Below, in pieces: positions 49,638 to 59,579 of a stretch of 64,000 nt of DNA (its first letter is position 1; the number at the start of each line of letters is the position of its first letter). Made by a program: the position numbers and the translations under genes. Source of the DNA: an uncultured Desulfatitalea sp. Its GTDB lineage: Bacteria > Desulfobacterota > Desulfobacteria > Desulfobacterales > Desulfosarcinaceae. The stretch spans positions 2,912,001 to 2,976,000 of the forward strand of contig CAXXMB010000002.1 of assembly GCA_963668675.2 (NCBI GenBank), given 5' to 3'. A model generated the notes under the pieces. The model ran no database searches, was not told where the DNA came from, and saw nothing but the letters and a program-made list of their open reading frames with translations.

Positions 49638-50855
49638 ATGAAAAACAGACATGCTTTTATGTTTCAAATGGTGTTTACCTTGATCGTGTGTGTGGTGCTG
49701 GCTGCGCCATCTCACGCTGCTGAAACTTACAAATTGGCATTGTCGCTGGCCATCACCGGCCCGACCTCGGACGCCGGCAATCCTTACTCCAAAGGGGTGG
49801 AGGACTACATCCGTTACGTCAACGATACCAAGATGCTGGGCGGCAACTCGGTCCAGTGCACGATTCGCGATGATCAGTACAAAACCGACATTACCAAGCG
49901 CAATTTCGAAGAGTTCCTGGACGATGGCATCGTGCTCTACCTCAACTACTCCACCGGCAGCACCCTGGCCCTGAAGCGCGATTTCGAAGAGGAGAAGATC
50001 CCGACCATCCCTGCATCGTTCCACGCCGGAAACCTCGTGGACTCCAACTACATCTTCCTGCCCATCGCTACCTATTCGAGCCAGTGCATCGGACTGGCCG
50101 AGTATGTCGTCGCGAACAACAAGGGCGACCTGCCCAAGGTGGCCATGTTCATCCACCCGTCGGCCTTCGGGCGCGGACCGGTGGAAGATGTGGAGAACGC
50201 CGTCAAAGCCGGTTTGAAGATGGAGATTGTCGAGGTGGTGGAGCACGGTAAGGACCTGGACAACACGGCCACGTTGCAACGGCTGCTGAGCAAACAGGTG
50301 CGTTTCGTGATCTGCCAGACCGTGCAGTCACCGGTGGCCACGCTGCTCAAAGACGCCCAGCGGTTGGGCGTGGTGGCCAAATCCTTTGGCGAGGAGGGCA
50401 AGCTCACTTTTCTGGGCGCCCACTACACCGGCGGTATCGACCTGATCAATCTGGCCGGATCGGCTTCGGAAGGATTTTTCTGGACCACCTCCTATACGCT
50501 TACGTCGGAGAAGGGGCCGGGTACGGAGTTTCAGTTGATGCTGGCTAAAAAGTATGATCGGGATGAGAAGACCGCCAACTCTCACAACTACACCAACGGC
50601 ATGATGGTGGCCCAGGTGGCCGTGGAGTGCATCCGGCGCGTCAAGGCCAATGGCGGCAAGGTGACTCGCGAGAGCCTGTACAAGACGCTCAACGCCATGA
50701 ACGGCAGTAATAGCTACTCGCCAGGCAACACCGTGGGGCCCGTTACCTATTCACCCACCGACCATGCCGGTGTGGATACCCTGCAGGCCTACTCGGTGCA
50801 GGGCGGTGTTTTCAAGGCTGTGGGCAAACCCTTCATCCCGAAGTATGCGAAATAG
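49638..50855 (+). CDS. ABC substrate-binding protein (Leu/Ile/Val-binding family)
   Basis: Signal peptide ending SHA; ITGPTSDAG; operon context. Confidence 0.85.
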   Translation: MKNRHAFMFQMVFTLIVCVVLAAPSHAAETYKLALSLAITGPTSDAGNPYSKGVEDYIRYVNDTKMLGGNSVQCTIRDDQYKTDITKRNFEEFLDDGIVLYLNYSTGSTLALKRDFEEEKIPTIPASFHAGNLVDSNYIFLPIATYSSQCIGLAEYVVANNKGDLPKVAMFIHPSAFGRGPVEDVENAVKAGLKMEIVEVVEHGKDLDNTATLQRLLSKQVRFVICQTVQSPVATLLKDAQRLGVVAKSFGEEGKLTFLGAHYTGGIDLINLAGSASEGFFWTTSYTLTSEKGPGTEFQLMLAKKYDRDEKTANSHNYTNGMMVAQVAVECIRRVKANGGKVTRESLYKTLNAMNGSNSYSPGNTVGPVTYSPTDHAGVDTLQAYSVQGGVFKAVGKPFIPKYAK

Positions 50856-50885
50856 CAGCGACGCTTGAGAATCGTAGACGGGCGT

Positions 50886-50913
50886 ATGGGCGCAGGGATG
50901 GCCCTGCGCCCAT
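50886..50913 (+). other. Perfect hairpin after the substrate-binding gene (mRNA stabiliser or attenuator)
   Basis: ATGGGCGCAGGG-ATGG-CCCTGCGCCCAT. Confidence 0.5.
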
Positions 50914-50946
50914 CCTTCAGCAAGGCAGGCAGGGACGGTTCAAACT

Positions 50947-51768
50947 ATGGCAGCGACCCCCGATAGAGAGCGACTGCTCGATGTCAACAACATCGAAGTG
51001 GTGTACAACGATATCATTCAGGTGCTGCGTGGTGTCAGCATCAGCGTGGCCAAGGGCGACATTGTCGCACTGCTGGGGACCAATGGCGCCGGCAAAACCA
51101 CGACGTTGCGGGCCATCAGTGGCCTGCTCAAGCCGGAGAACGGATATATCCGGGAGGGATTTATCAAGTTCGACGGCAAGGATATCACCAATGTTCTGGG
51201 CACCGAAGTGGTCCACCTGGGTGCGGTGATGGTGCCCGAAGGCCGCCGGGTGTTCAAGCATCTGACCGTGGATGAGAATATCCGGGTCGGGTCGGTCACC
51301 CGCAAGGACGGCGCGGCCAACATCCGCCAGGACTATCAGCGCATGTATGTCCATTTTCCCCGCCTCTCCAAGGTGACCAACCGCCTGGCCGGGTATTGCT
51401 CGGGCGGCGAGCAGCAGATGATCGCCATTGCCCGGGCCCTCATGGCGGCCCCCAAGATGCTGATGCTCGATGAGCCATCACTGGGGCTTGCCCCTCTTCT
51501 GGTCAAGGAGATTTTCGACAACGTCAAACGCATCAACCAGGAGATGAAGGCTACGATTCTGGTGGTCGAGCAGAACGCCAAGATAGCCTTGGCGGTATCC
51601 GATTATGCCTATATCATGGAGAACGGCAAAATCGTTCTGGAGGGGCCGTCGGACAAACTTCAGGACAACCCGGATGTGAAGGAGTTCTACATGGGGGTGA
51701 CCCAGGGCGGGGGGCGCAAGTCTTTTAAAGAGGTGAAGTCTTACAAGCGTCGCAAACGGTGGATGTAG
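50947..51768 (+). CDS. ABC ATP-binding protein (LivF-like)
   Basis: GTNGAGKTT, VPEGRRVF, SGGEQQM, LDEPSLGLAP. Confidence 0.9.
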   Translation: MAATPDRERLLDVNNIEVVYNDIIQVLRGVSISVAKGDIVALLGTNGAGKTTTLRAISGLLKPENGYIREGFIKFDGKDITNVLGTEVVHLGAVMVPEGRRVFKHLTVDENIRVGSVTRKDGAANIRQDYQRMYVHFPRLSKVTNRLAGYCSGGEQQMIAIARALMAAPKMLMLDEPSLGLAPLLVKEIFDNVKRINQEMKATILVVEQNAKIALAVSDYAYIMENGKIVLEGPSDKLQDNPDVKEFYMGVTQGGGRKSFKEVKSYKRRKRWM

Positions 51769-51776
51769 GATTTATC

Positions 51777-51946
51777 AGTTTAAAGTTGGACGTTTTAAGT
51801 TTAAAGTGAAGGTATGTTGTCTGATTCGAAGGCGTCGATTTTGAATTTTGGAAGTAACTTGCTGCGAGAATAGGTGGAAGATCAAAAGAGTGGATACGAT
51901 CGACAGAATACCTTCACTTTAAACTTTTTACTTTACACTTTAAACT
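51777..51946. repeat. Heptamer-periodic palindromic element (~45-bp imperfect inverted arms)
   Basis: AGTTTAAAGT...AAGTTTAAAGTGAAGGTAT / ATACCTTCACTTTAAACTT...ACTTTAAACT. Confidence 0.75.
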
Positions 51947-51976
51947 CCCGGCAACGCCGGGCAACAGGAGTATTGC

Positions 51977-52372
51977 ATGAAGATATTGGTGGCTTACAAT
52001 GGCTCACCGCCTTCCCAGCGGGCGTTGGAAATGGCGTGCGAAAAGGCCAAAGCGAAATCGGATTCTCTGGTTTATGTGGTAACCTCAATGGAGGGTGGCA
52101 GTGGTGAGACCCTGGAGGATATCCAGGAGGTGGAAGACAATCTGCAAAAAGCCAAAGATTACCTGCTTCAATCGCAAGTGAACTGCGAGACGCTCCAACT
52201 GGCGCGTGGATTGACGCCTGGTGAAGATCTGGTCAAGTTTTCCGAAGACAATGGTGTGGACCATATCTTCATCGGCATAGAGAAGAAATCGCGAACACGC
52301 AAGCTGCTGCTCGGGTCGACGGCCCAGTTCATCATTCTGAGAGGGCCCTGCCCGGTGACCACCACAAAATGA
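51977..52372 (+). CDS. Universal stress protein
   Basis: MKILVAYNGS..., LLLGSTAQFIILRGPCPV. Confidence 0.9.
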   Translation: MKILVAYNGSPPSQRALEMACEKAKAKSDSLVYVVTSMEGGSGETLEDIQEVEDNLQKAKDYLLQSQVNCETLQLARGLTPGEDLVKFSEDNGVDHIFIGIEKKSRTRKLLLGSTAQFIILRGPCPVTTTK

Positions 52373-52587
52373 TGGGCAGGGGCGCTGTCTGTCTCTTTCC
52401 GGCTTCACCAGACAGATTTGGATGCGTCTGAAACGATATGCAACATCCTTCCGGGGGCCGGTCCGGTGGGTGATGACGCCCGATGCGTGGTGGCGCAACA
52501 GATGCCCCTTCCCGATACGCCTGCCCCTTGCGCTACAGATGGCGCATTCGATGATCCCCTCTCATATTTACATAGGAGGAACAGTAC

Positions 52588-54114
52588 ATGAGCCAATATG
52601 ATCTGACCCTATACGATATCATCTGTCGCAATGCCCGCCTCTTCCCGGAACGGGCCGCGTGGTTGGAGGCCGAAGAGAACCGGACGATGACGTTCTCAGC
52701 CTACCGGGGGGCGGTAGATCGCATGGCCGCGGGATTGCTGGCCGTGGGATTTCGCAAGGGAGAACGCATCGGCGTCATCGGCAAAAATTGCCTCTCCTAC
52801 CTGGTGCTTTACGGTGCGGCAGCGGCGCTGGGTGGGATCGTGGTCCCTATCAATTGGCGGCTCTCTCCGGATGAGATGGTTTACAACCTCAACGATACCC
52901 AGGTGGCCTATCTGTTTGCCGACAGCGAAGACCCTGAGGCGATGAAGACGGTTCAGGCCAAGCTTGCCGGCAAAGCCAAGTGCTTCAATCTGCAGGCCCA
53001 GAACGGCCCCTTTGCCGATCTGGTCGATGCACCTATGCCCAGTGACGGACTTCCGTCTGACGAGGTGTCGTCAGACGATGGCTTTGTGATTATTCACACG
53101 GCGGCTGTGGCCGGGCGGCCGCGGGGGGCGCTGCTGAGTCACCGCAACCTGCTCTGCGCCAACGCCCAACTGATGCACCAGGCCAATTTGACCGGTGCCG
53201 ATGTGCATCTCAATCCCTTGCCCATGTTTCACATCGCCGGTTTGGGGATGGCTTTTTGCTGCTTTCATGCCGGCATGCTCAACGTTAACATGCGCAAATT
53301 CGACGCTGTGCAGGCCGCCCGGTTGATTGCCGAGCATGGTGTCAGCGTGCTGTTCGCCTTTGCGCCCATGATGCAGACCCTGCTGGCCCATGTGACTGAG
53401 AGCGGCGGGAAGATCGATTCGCTGCGGGCCGTCCTTGGAATCGATACGCCCGAGGTGATCGAACGCTACCAGGCGCTGACCGGCGGCTCGTTCTACAGCC
53501 TCTTCGGCCAGACGGAAACCTCCATGGTGGTGACCATGAGCCCTTACAGAGAACGACCCGGATCGGCCGGCCGACCGTTGCCCCTGGTTGAGATTCAACT
53601 GATGGATGATGCCGATCAGCCGGTTTCCGCCGGTCAGGCGGGGGAGATTGCTGTGCGCGGCCCCATGGTCTTCAAAGGGTACTGGGGGCTGGACGAGGAG
53701 AACGCCTATACATTCCGAAATGGTTGGCACCATACGGGTGACATGGGCCGCTTCGATGAGGATGGATACCTGTGGTATGTGGCCCGCAAGGCGGAGAAGG
53801 AGTTGATCAAGCCGGGGGGGGAGAATGTTTACCCGGCGGAGGTGGAGAAGGTGATTTTGGCGCATCCGGCGGTTGAGTCGGTGGTGGTTTTCGGTGTGCC
53901 CGATCCCAAGTGGACCGAGGGTATCAAGGCGGTGTGTTGTCTGAAAACGGGTGAGACACTGGAGGCCAAGGCGTTGATCGAATTCGTCGGGGGGCGCATC
54001 GCCCGATATAAAAAGCCTCAGTATGTGCAATTCGTGGAAGAGCTTCCGTTGTTGAAAGATGGTTCGGCGGATCGGGCCGAAGTTAAAAAGCGGTATGGCG
54101 GGCCGCAGGGGTGA
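52588..54114 (+). CDS. Acyl-CoA synthetase (AMP-binding)
   Basis: HTAAVAGRPRGA, FGQTE, WHHTGDMG, IKPGGENVYPAEVE. Confidence 0.88.
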   Translation: MSQYDLTLYDIICRNARLFPERAAWLEAEENRTMTFSAYRGAVDRMAAGLLAVGFRKGERIGVIGKNCLSYLVLYGAAAALGGIVVPINWRLSPDEMVYNLNDTQVAYLFADSEDPEAMKTVQAKLAGKAKCFNLQAQNGPFADLVDAPMPSDGLPSDEVSSDDGFVIIHTAAVAGRPRGALLSHRNLLCANAQLMHQANLTGADVHLNPLPMFHIAGLGMAFCCFHAGMLNVNMRKFDAVQAARLIAEHGVSVLFAFAPMMQTLLAHVTESGGKIDSLRAVLGIDTPEVIERYQALTGGSFYSLFGQTETSMVVTMSPYRERPGSAGRPLPLVEIQLMDDADQPVSAGQAGEIAVRGPMVFKGYWGLDEENAYTFRNGWHHTGDMGRFDEDGYLWYVARKAEKELIKPGGENVYPAEVEKVILAHPAVESVVVFGVPDPKWTEGIKAVCCLKTGETLEAKALIEFVGGRIARYKKPQYVQFVEELPLLKDGSADRAEVKKRYGGPQG

Positions 54115-54173
54115 ACTTTTAATAGTGCTTTAGATGTCCTTTTGTGGGTATATCGCTTATGCACTGCTGCACC

Positions 54174-54354
54174 GGTGCTGGTGGCAAGGGGGAGTAGCTG
54201 ACACGCTCCGTGGTCTAAGTGATGCTAAGATGCGCTCCGGGCGGCCCGCAAACTCGCTGCGCTCAAACAGTGCGGGCCGCTGACCCTGCGCTGCATCTAA
54301 GCATCACTAAGACCACTGCGCTGACGTCAACTACTCCCCCTTGCCACCAGCACC
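54174..54354. repeat. ~180-bp long hairpin (MITE-like) between convergent genes
   Basis: Perfect 24-bp outer IR GGTGCTGGTGGCAAGGGGGAGTAG / CTACTCCCCCTTGCCACCAGCACC plus nested inner stems. Confidence 0.8.
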
Positions 54355-54410
54355 TTTCTTTCTACTTTTGCCAAGTTGGTTATCTTCTATGGCGTTGCCC
54401 CCGTTATACT

Positions 54411-55004
54411 CTATTTGGGCAGTCCGGCAACAATTGCTTCTATTACACCTTTCCGGATGAGCATGACGGCGATGGCGGCCAGGAAGAGGCTGGCGATTTT
54501 GGTGGCGCTGCGGGTGCCGTTACGGCCCAGTATGCGGGTGATGCTGGTGGCGAAGAGGAAGGCGACGCCCGCGATCAGCAGGTTGACGACAACGGCCAGG
54601 GAGGTGAGCCCCTTGCCGTAGGCGTTGGCCAGCACGATGCAGGTGGTCAGCAGGGCGGGTCCGGCCAGCAGGGGGATGCCGATGGGAACGGCGCCCATGA
54701 GTTCCGTATCTGCCTGACGTCTTTTTTTCTCTCCGGTCAATAGATCGTTCAATGAGATGGCAAAGAGCAAACTTCCCCCGGCGATCATGAAGTCGGCCAC
54801 CGTTACGCCCAGGAAGGTGAGCAGCGCGGGCCCGAATATGATGAATGCCAGGGAGAAAACGGTGGCTGTTATGATGGATTGGACGAGTATGGTCCGGCGG
54901 GTGCGTGCTTCGAGGCCGTCTGTCAAAGAGATGTAGATCGGCAATACGCCGATGGCGTCCACGGCAACGAAGAGCGGTACGAAGCAGAGCCAGAATTCCT
55001 GCAT
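54411..55004 (-). CDS. MarC family membrane protein
   Basis: LFVAVDAIG, DFMIAGG, VPIGIPLLAGPA. Confidence 0.88.
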   Translation of the reverse strand: MQEFWLCFVPLFVAVDAIGVLPIYISLTDGLEARTRRTILVQSIITATVFSLAFIIFGPALLTFLGVTVADFMIAGGSLLFAISLNDLLTGEKKRRQADTELMGAVPIGIPLLAGPALLTTCIVLANAYGKGLTSLAVVVNLLIAGVAFLFATSITRILGRNGTRSATKIASLFLAAIAVMLIRKGVIEAIVAGLPK

Positions 55005-55020
55005 GGCCTTGACTCCCCTT

Positions 55021-56097
55021 TTATAGGTATTGAATCGGTGTCATTTTTCTTTTGCGCCGGACGGCCTCGAGCAAACCGACTGTGCCAGTCATCATGTTGT
55101 CTCCCCAAGGTGCTCCCCACACGATCGGCAGTTTCGACCCGGTCATGAGGCGGCGTTTGGGGCCGGTGGCGATGATGGCCCGGACCTTGTCAAAGCCCAC
55201 CACATTTCTGAGGTAGGCGCCATGGCCGCCCTCTGCGAGAATCTGATCGTGTCGGATGCGGCCGTTGGCCAGGTCCACGAGCAGCGACTCCAGGCGCTCC
55301 AGGGTGATGTCGCGGGTGTGGTACTCCACGAAGGCGGCCACGCGGTCTCCTTCCAGCGTTGCGGCAACGGTGTGCGAGGTGGCGATGTCGAGGATGATCA
55401 CCGGCGAAGCGCTCGCGGCAGCGGCGTCGAGGCCGGCGCCGCACATGGCGGCCATGCCGCTGTCCATGACGTAAACCTCTCGGGCGTTGAGCTTGTGGGC
55501 GTCGTCGGCCATGCAGCGCAGTCGGTTGAAGGCTTTCGGTACTTCATCGCTGTGATAGAGCAGGTCATATGGGGATGAGGACTGGTCGAGGATTTCTTCG
55601 AACAAGTTGTGGCGGAAATCGAGATGGCTCACCCCCTTGGGGGCCACCCCGTGATCCTGGGCGCAGAGGGTCACCGCGTCAAATGCCATTGGCAGTCCGA
55701 GCCCCTCTATGATTTGGGCGATGCGTTCGGGCTGCACATCGCCCAAGCGTACCGTGGTGTATTGGGGATCGGCACTCAACCGATCGATGGTGCGGTCCTC
55801 TTCAATGATCATGCCCCAGCTGCGCACCCGCTCCATGTCGTGGTGAAGCGTGGCTGCCGCCGATGGGGAGATGAGCACCCGATCCGTTTCGGCCCGCTGG
55901 CGCAGGGCGTCGCTCACCGGCCCACCGCCCATCTCTGCGCCCGACACCACTAAGGCGCCTTTGGTTTGGGCAATCTGCTCGGCCACGAGGCGAACCGGTG
56001 AGGGCGCCACGGCTTTGAAATGGTCACCGCTGTCGCTGTTGTAGCAGAGCATGTCCATGGTGCCGGCCCCGATATCGATCATGAGGAGTTGGCTCAT
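55021..56097 (-). CDS. DUF1786 family protein (actin-like fold)
   Basis: IDIGAGTMD, MGGGP, AQDHG, EYHT, GGHGA, APWGDNMMTG. Confidence 0.75.
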   Translation of the reverse strand: MSQLLMIDIGAGTMDMLCYNSDSGDHFKAVAPSPVRLVAEQIAQTKGALVVSGAEMGGGPVSDALRQRAETDRVLISPSAAATLHHDMERVRSWGMIIEEDRTIDRLSADPQYTTVRLGDVQPERIAQIIEGLGLPMAFDAVTLCAQDHGVAPKGVSHLDFRHNLFEEILDQSSSPYDLLYHSDEVPKAFNRLRCMADDAHKLNAREVYVMDSGMAAMCGAGLDAAAASASPVIILDIATSHTVAATLEGDRVAAFVEYHTRDITLERLESLLVDLANGRIRHDQILAEGGHGAYLRNVVGFDKVRAIIATGPKRRLMTGSKLPIVWGAPWGDNMMTGTVGLLEAVRRKRKMTPIQYL

Positions 56098-56290
56098 TTC
56101 GCGTGTCCTTTTAGAACATAGGTTGATCCCACATAAACCCCTTGGCTATGAGGTGCCAGGTGGAGAATATCCCTGTTGGCATATCGGAAAACCTGGTTGT
56201 TGGCAACTGCCAGGGAGGGAAGGCCATTGCCGGCGTGTCTCAAATCAACGGCTCAAACGATACAATTGGTTGCCAAAGGTTGTGTCACAC

Positions 56291-56306
56291 TGGTATGAGG
56301 TTTGTA
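56291..56306 (+). promoter_or_regulatory. Possible sigma-54 promoter
   Basis: TGGTAT-N5-TTGTA, ~20 nt before the rubredoxin-like start; imperfect match to TGGCAC-N5-TTGC. Confidence 0.3.
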
Positions 56307-56327
56307 ACCATTAAAGGAGGTGTTGAT

Positions 56328-56465
56328 ATGCGCTGGCGCTGTCTGATTTGCGGTTATATTCACGATGGAGAGCAGCCGCCCTACCGTTGCCCGATATGTG
56401 GGGCACCGGCCAAGATGTTCGAGCAGGTGGCGGAAAAGCCCTCCCCGAAGGCCAAGCGCCAATGA
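56328..56465 (+). CDS. Rubredoxin-like small protein
   Basis: WRCLICGYIH...CPICGAP; AAGGAGG SD. Confidence 0.85.
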   Translation: MRWRCLICGYIHDGEQPPYRCPICGAPAKMFEQVAEKPSPKAKRQ

Positions 56466-57034
56466 AGGTCTATACCCAGACCGGCGATCAGGGCAAAACC
56501 AGCCTGCTCAGCGGCGAGCGGGTGGCCAAGAGCGATGCGCGCATTCAGGCCTATGGTGAGATCGATGAACTCAACTCCGTGGTCGGGGCACTCATAGCCG
56601 CTCTGACACCCGGCGCCGAATCGGCCCGGGATGAGCTCCAACAGATCCAATCGGATCTGTTCCAGGTGGGTGCCTGGCTGGCGGCCACGCCGGGGTCCGA
56701 AATAAGGGCGCGTCTTTCGCCGATCACCATCGAGCACAGCCGGCGCATTGAAGCGTTTATCGACACCATGGATGAAGCGTTGCCCGAACTGAAACGCTTC
56801 ATTCTGCCGGGCGGCCATCCGGCTGCTGCATGGGCCCATATTGCCCGCACGGTTTGCCGAAGAGCGGAGCGGGGTGTGACGATGTTGGCAGAACAGGAGA
56901 GCGGAGCGGCGGGAGACGCCGATGGGACAGGGTCGGTGGTCGTCTACGTCAATCGCCTTTCCGACTACTTTTTCGTGCTTGCACGCTGGTTGAATCAGAT
57001 GTCGGGCGTTGGAGACGTGACGTGGCAGGGATAG
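56462..57034 (+). CDS. PduO-type cob(I)alamin adenosyltransferase
   Basis: MKVYTQTGDQGKT, AYGEIDELNS, RTVCRRAER, NRLSDYFF. Confidence 0.9.
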   Translation: MKVYTQTGDQGKTSLLSGERVAKSDARIQAYGEIDELNSVVGALIAALTPGAESARDELQQIQSDLFQVGAWLAATPGSEIRARLSPITIEHSRRIEAFIDTMDEALPELKRFILPGGHPAAAWAHIARTVCRRAERGVTMLAEQESGAAGDADGTGSVVVYVNRLSDYFFVLARWLNQMSGVGDVTWQG

Positions 57035-57045
57035 CCACCGGGGAG

Positions 57046-57717
57046 ATGGCCGGCAACACCTCCGAATCGCTCTATTCGGTGGCTGTTCTCGATCTGCGCT
57101 GGTTGAGCGGTGAGGTATTTGAAATCCGGTTCGAGCGGCCGGATAGCTTTGCTTATCAGCCGGGCCAGAAGATCAGCTTTGTCGAGGGTCCGCTTCGTCG
57201 CGATTACACGCTGCTGGGGCCGGCCCACGTCGATGAACTGGCTCTGTGCGTGCGCCATGTGCCCAACGGGCGGTTTTCACCGCGACTGGCCCGGGCAAAC
57301 AGGGGCGACCGGTTTCAGATTACGGCGCCGTTCGGGTATTTTACCTATAAGGCGTCATCGCGGTCGGCGGTCTTTGTGGCCACCGGGACCGGGATTGCTC
57401 CTTTTGTGGCCTATGCGCATGCCGGCACGCGGGGATTCGCTCTGCTCCATGGCGGGCGAACTGTTGAAGCGCTCTATTACCGTGACATCCTGGCCGATGC
57501 AGCCGATCGTTACATACCGTGCATCTCCGGGGAGCCTCCTCGGGAACCGTTGCCCGCTGTGTTTGCCGGTCGGGTCGATCAATATCTCTCGACCGTTTTT
57601 CCGGAGGGGGTTTACGATTTCTACCTCTGTGGTCGGGCAGGGATGATCCGTGATGTTATCCGGGTGATCGACTTTAGATTTAAAGCGTCACGGGTGTTCA
57701 TGGAGGCGTTTGATTGA
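57046..57717 (+). CDS. FAD/NAD(P)-binding oxidoreductase (FNR-like)
   Basis: RDYTL, GRFSP, ATGTGIAPF, FYLCG. Confidence 0.85.
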   Translation: MAGNTSESLYSVAVLDLRWLSGEVFEIRFERPDSFAYQPGQKISFVEGPLRRDYTLLGPAHVDELALCVRHVPNGRFSPRLARANRGDRFQITAPFGYFTYKASSRSAVFVATGTGIAPFVAYAHAGTRGFALLHGGRTVEALYYRDILADAADRYIPCISGEPPREPLPAVFAGRVDQYLSTVFPEGVYDFYLCGRAGMIRDVIRVIDFRFKASRVFMEAFD

Positions 57718-57822
57718 GACAGGGTGACGGAAACGACGGTGGCGCATTTGTCGATCGGGATCGTCGGCGCACCCATTTGGCAATGATGCCGATATAAGCC
57801 ATACAGTGCGCCCTGCTCTCAA

Positions 57823-59556
57823 ATGGCGGAATTGATTGGAATGGTACGCTTTTTTATCATATTGACCCTATTGCTGTTTTCAAGCGTCAGTGGCACATAC
57901 GCTGCCGGGACCAAGAACGTCTGGGTACTGCACAGCTATCACCAGGGGTGGCCGTGGACCGATCATATTACCAAAGGCATCCAATCGGTATTCTCCCCCT
58001 TCGGCAAAGAGATCCTGATCTATTACGACTATCTCGATTTGCACCGTGCCAGTGACGACGTCCTTGCCGATGCCGCCACCTATTTCCAACGCAAACTCGA
58101 GCACATCGCCATGGATGTCATCATCGTGTCGGACGACGGCGCCCTTCAGTTTCTCGACAAGTATGGCGACCGGCTGGCACCCGGTACTCCTGTTGTTTTT
58201 TGCGGCATTAACAGTGAACCGCAGCGCTCCCTCTTCGGCGATCGTGAACTGACTGGGGTTGTCGAGCAGATCGACCATTTGGGGGCCCTCGACCTCATGC
58301 TGCGCCTGCACCCCGAATGCCGCAGGATCGTTGCGCTGGTCGATCGTAAGGCGATCAGCCCTTTTGCGTTGGACGAATTGGAAAAGGCCATTGCAAAGAT
58401 CAATCAGCGGGTATCGGTGGATACGTGGCAGGATATACCCTGGTCACGGATGCCGGCCAAACTGGTTGCATTGACACCTGGCGACCTGGTCTACCTGCTG
58501 GGCTTCGATCACGATCGAAGCGGTAACGCCGCTATCGCTTCCGAGGTCGCCGATCTGGTGGTGCGCTGGTCTCCGGTGGCCGTCTACACTCCCTTGGACC
58601 TCTATCTGGGTAGAGGCGTTGTCGGCGGGTTGGTCAACTCCGGTTCCGGCCAGGGGGCCCAGGCAGGTCGCATGGCCTTGCGCATCCTTTCCGGAGAGGC
58701 GGCAGCGGATATCCCTGTGGCGGATCAAGTGCCGCACCCCTATCTTTTTGACGGCCGGGCACTGCAGCGTTTTGATATCGATGCCGATCAGGTGCCGGAG
58801 CAGAGTGAGATCATTCACCAACAGCCTGTTTTTTGGTTGCGCCACGGCATCTTTTTCGTCTGTCTGGTGGCGGCGCTGTTGTTGCTCAGCAGCCTTTTAC
58901 TGATGCTGTTGATGCGCCAGCGCAGCAAACAGAGCAGCCTGGTTCAAATCAATACGGATCTGGATGGCCGCATCAGGGAGAAGTCGGTTCACTTGCAGAT
59001 TGTCAATCAGAAGCTCAAGAAGCAATCCTTGACCGATGGCGTCACCGGCATTCCCAACAGGCGCTATATCTACCAACGGCTGGTCGAAGAGATCAAAAAG
59101 GCGCGTCGCTACAACGTATCGCTGGCCCTTGTGCTGTTCGATATCGACGGGTTCAAGAAGATCTACGATCAGCACGGCTACGTGCTGGGTGAGCGTATCC
59201 TGCGGGATGTGGGCCACACCATCAAACGCAACATGCGCGAGATCGATCTGGTGGGCCGTTACGGGGGAGAAGCATTTCTGGTGATCCTGCCCAACACTAC
59301 CCTCGAACAGGCCCGCTGCACGGCAGAACGCGTACGGAAGAAGATCGCCGGCTTGTCGTGGGAGCAGGGTGAGGTGAAGGTGACGGTCAGCGGTGGCCTG
59401 ACCCAGTTTGTGGATCAGACCCCGCCTGAACTTGTCCAGCGGGTCGACGACCTGTTGGACGCCGCTAAGGGAGGCGGTGGCAATCGCATTGCCGATGGCG
59501 GGGATACAGGCAGCCTGGGGGGAGGGGTGATTCCCCTGCCGGAATTCGAACGCTAA
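57823..59556 (+). CDS. Periplasmic-sensor GGDEF-domain protein (variant GGEAF motif)
   Basis: VLHSYHQG sensor domain, TM helix, DIDGFK, GRYGGEAF. Confidence 0.85.
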   Translation: MAELIGMVRFFIILTLLLFSSVSGTYAAGTKNVWVLHSYHQGWPWTDHITKGIQSVFSPFGKEILIYYDYLDLHRASDDVLADAATYFQRKLEHIAMDVIIVSDDGALQFLDKYGDRLAPGTPVVFCGINSEPQRSLFGDRELTGVVEQIDHLGALDLMLRLHPECRRIVALVDRKAISPFALDELEKAIAKINQRVSVDTWQDIPWSRMPAKLVALTPGDLVYLLGFDHDRSGNAAIASEVADLVVRWSPVAVYTPLDLYLGRGVVGGLVNSGSGQGAQAGRMALRILSGEAAADIPVADQVPHPYLFDGRALQRFDIDADQVPEQSEIIHQQPVFWLRHGIFFVCLVAALLLLSSLLLMLLMRQRSKQSSLVQINTDLDGRIREKSVHLQIVNQKLKKQSLTDGVTGIPNRRYIYQRLVEEIKKARRYNVSLALVLFDIDGFKKIYDQHGYVLGERILRDVGHTIKRNMREIDLVGRYGGEAFLVILPNTTLEQARCTAERVRKKIAGLSWEQGEVKVTVSGGLTQFVDQTPPELVQRVDDLLDAAKGGGGNRIADGGDTGSLGGGVIPLPEFER

Positions 59557-59579
59557 CGCAACTGCATCTTGGAGGATAC

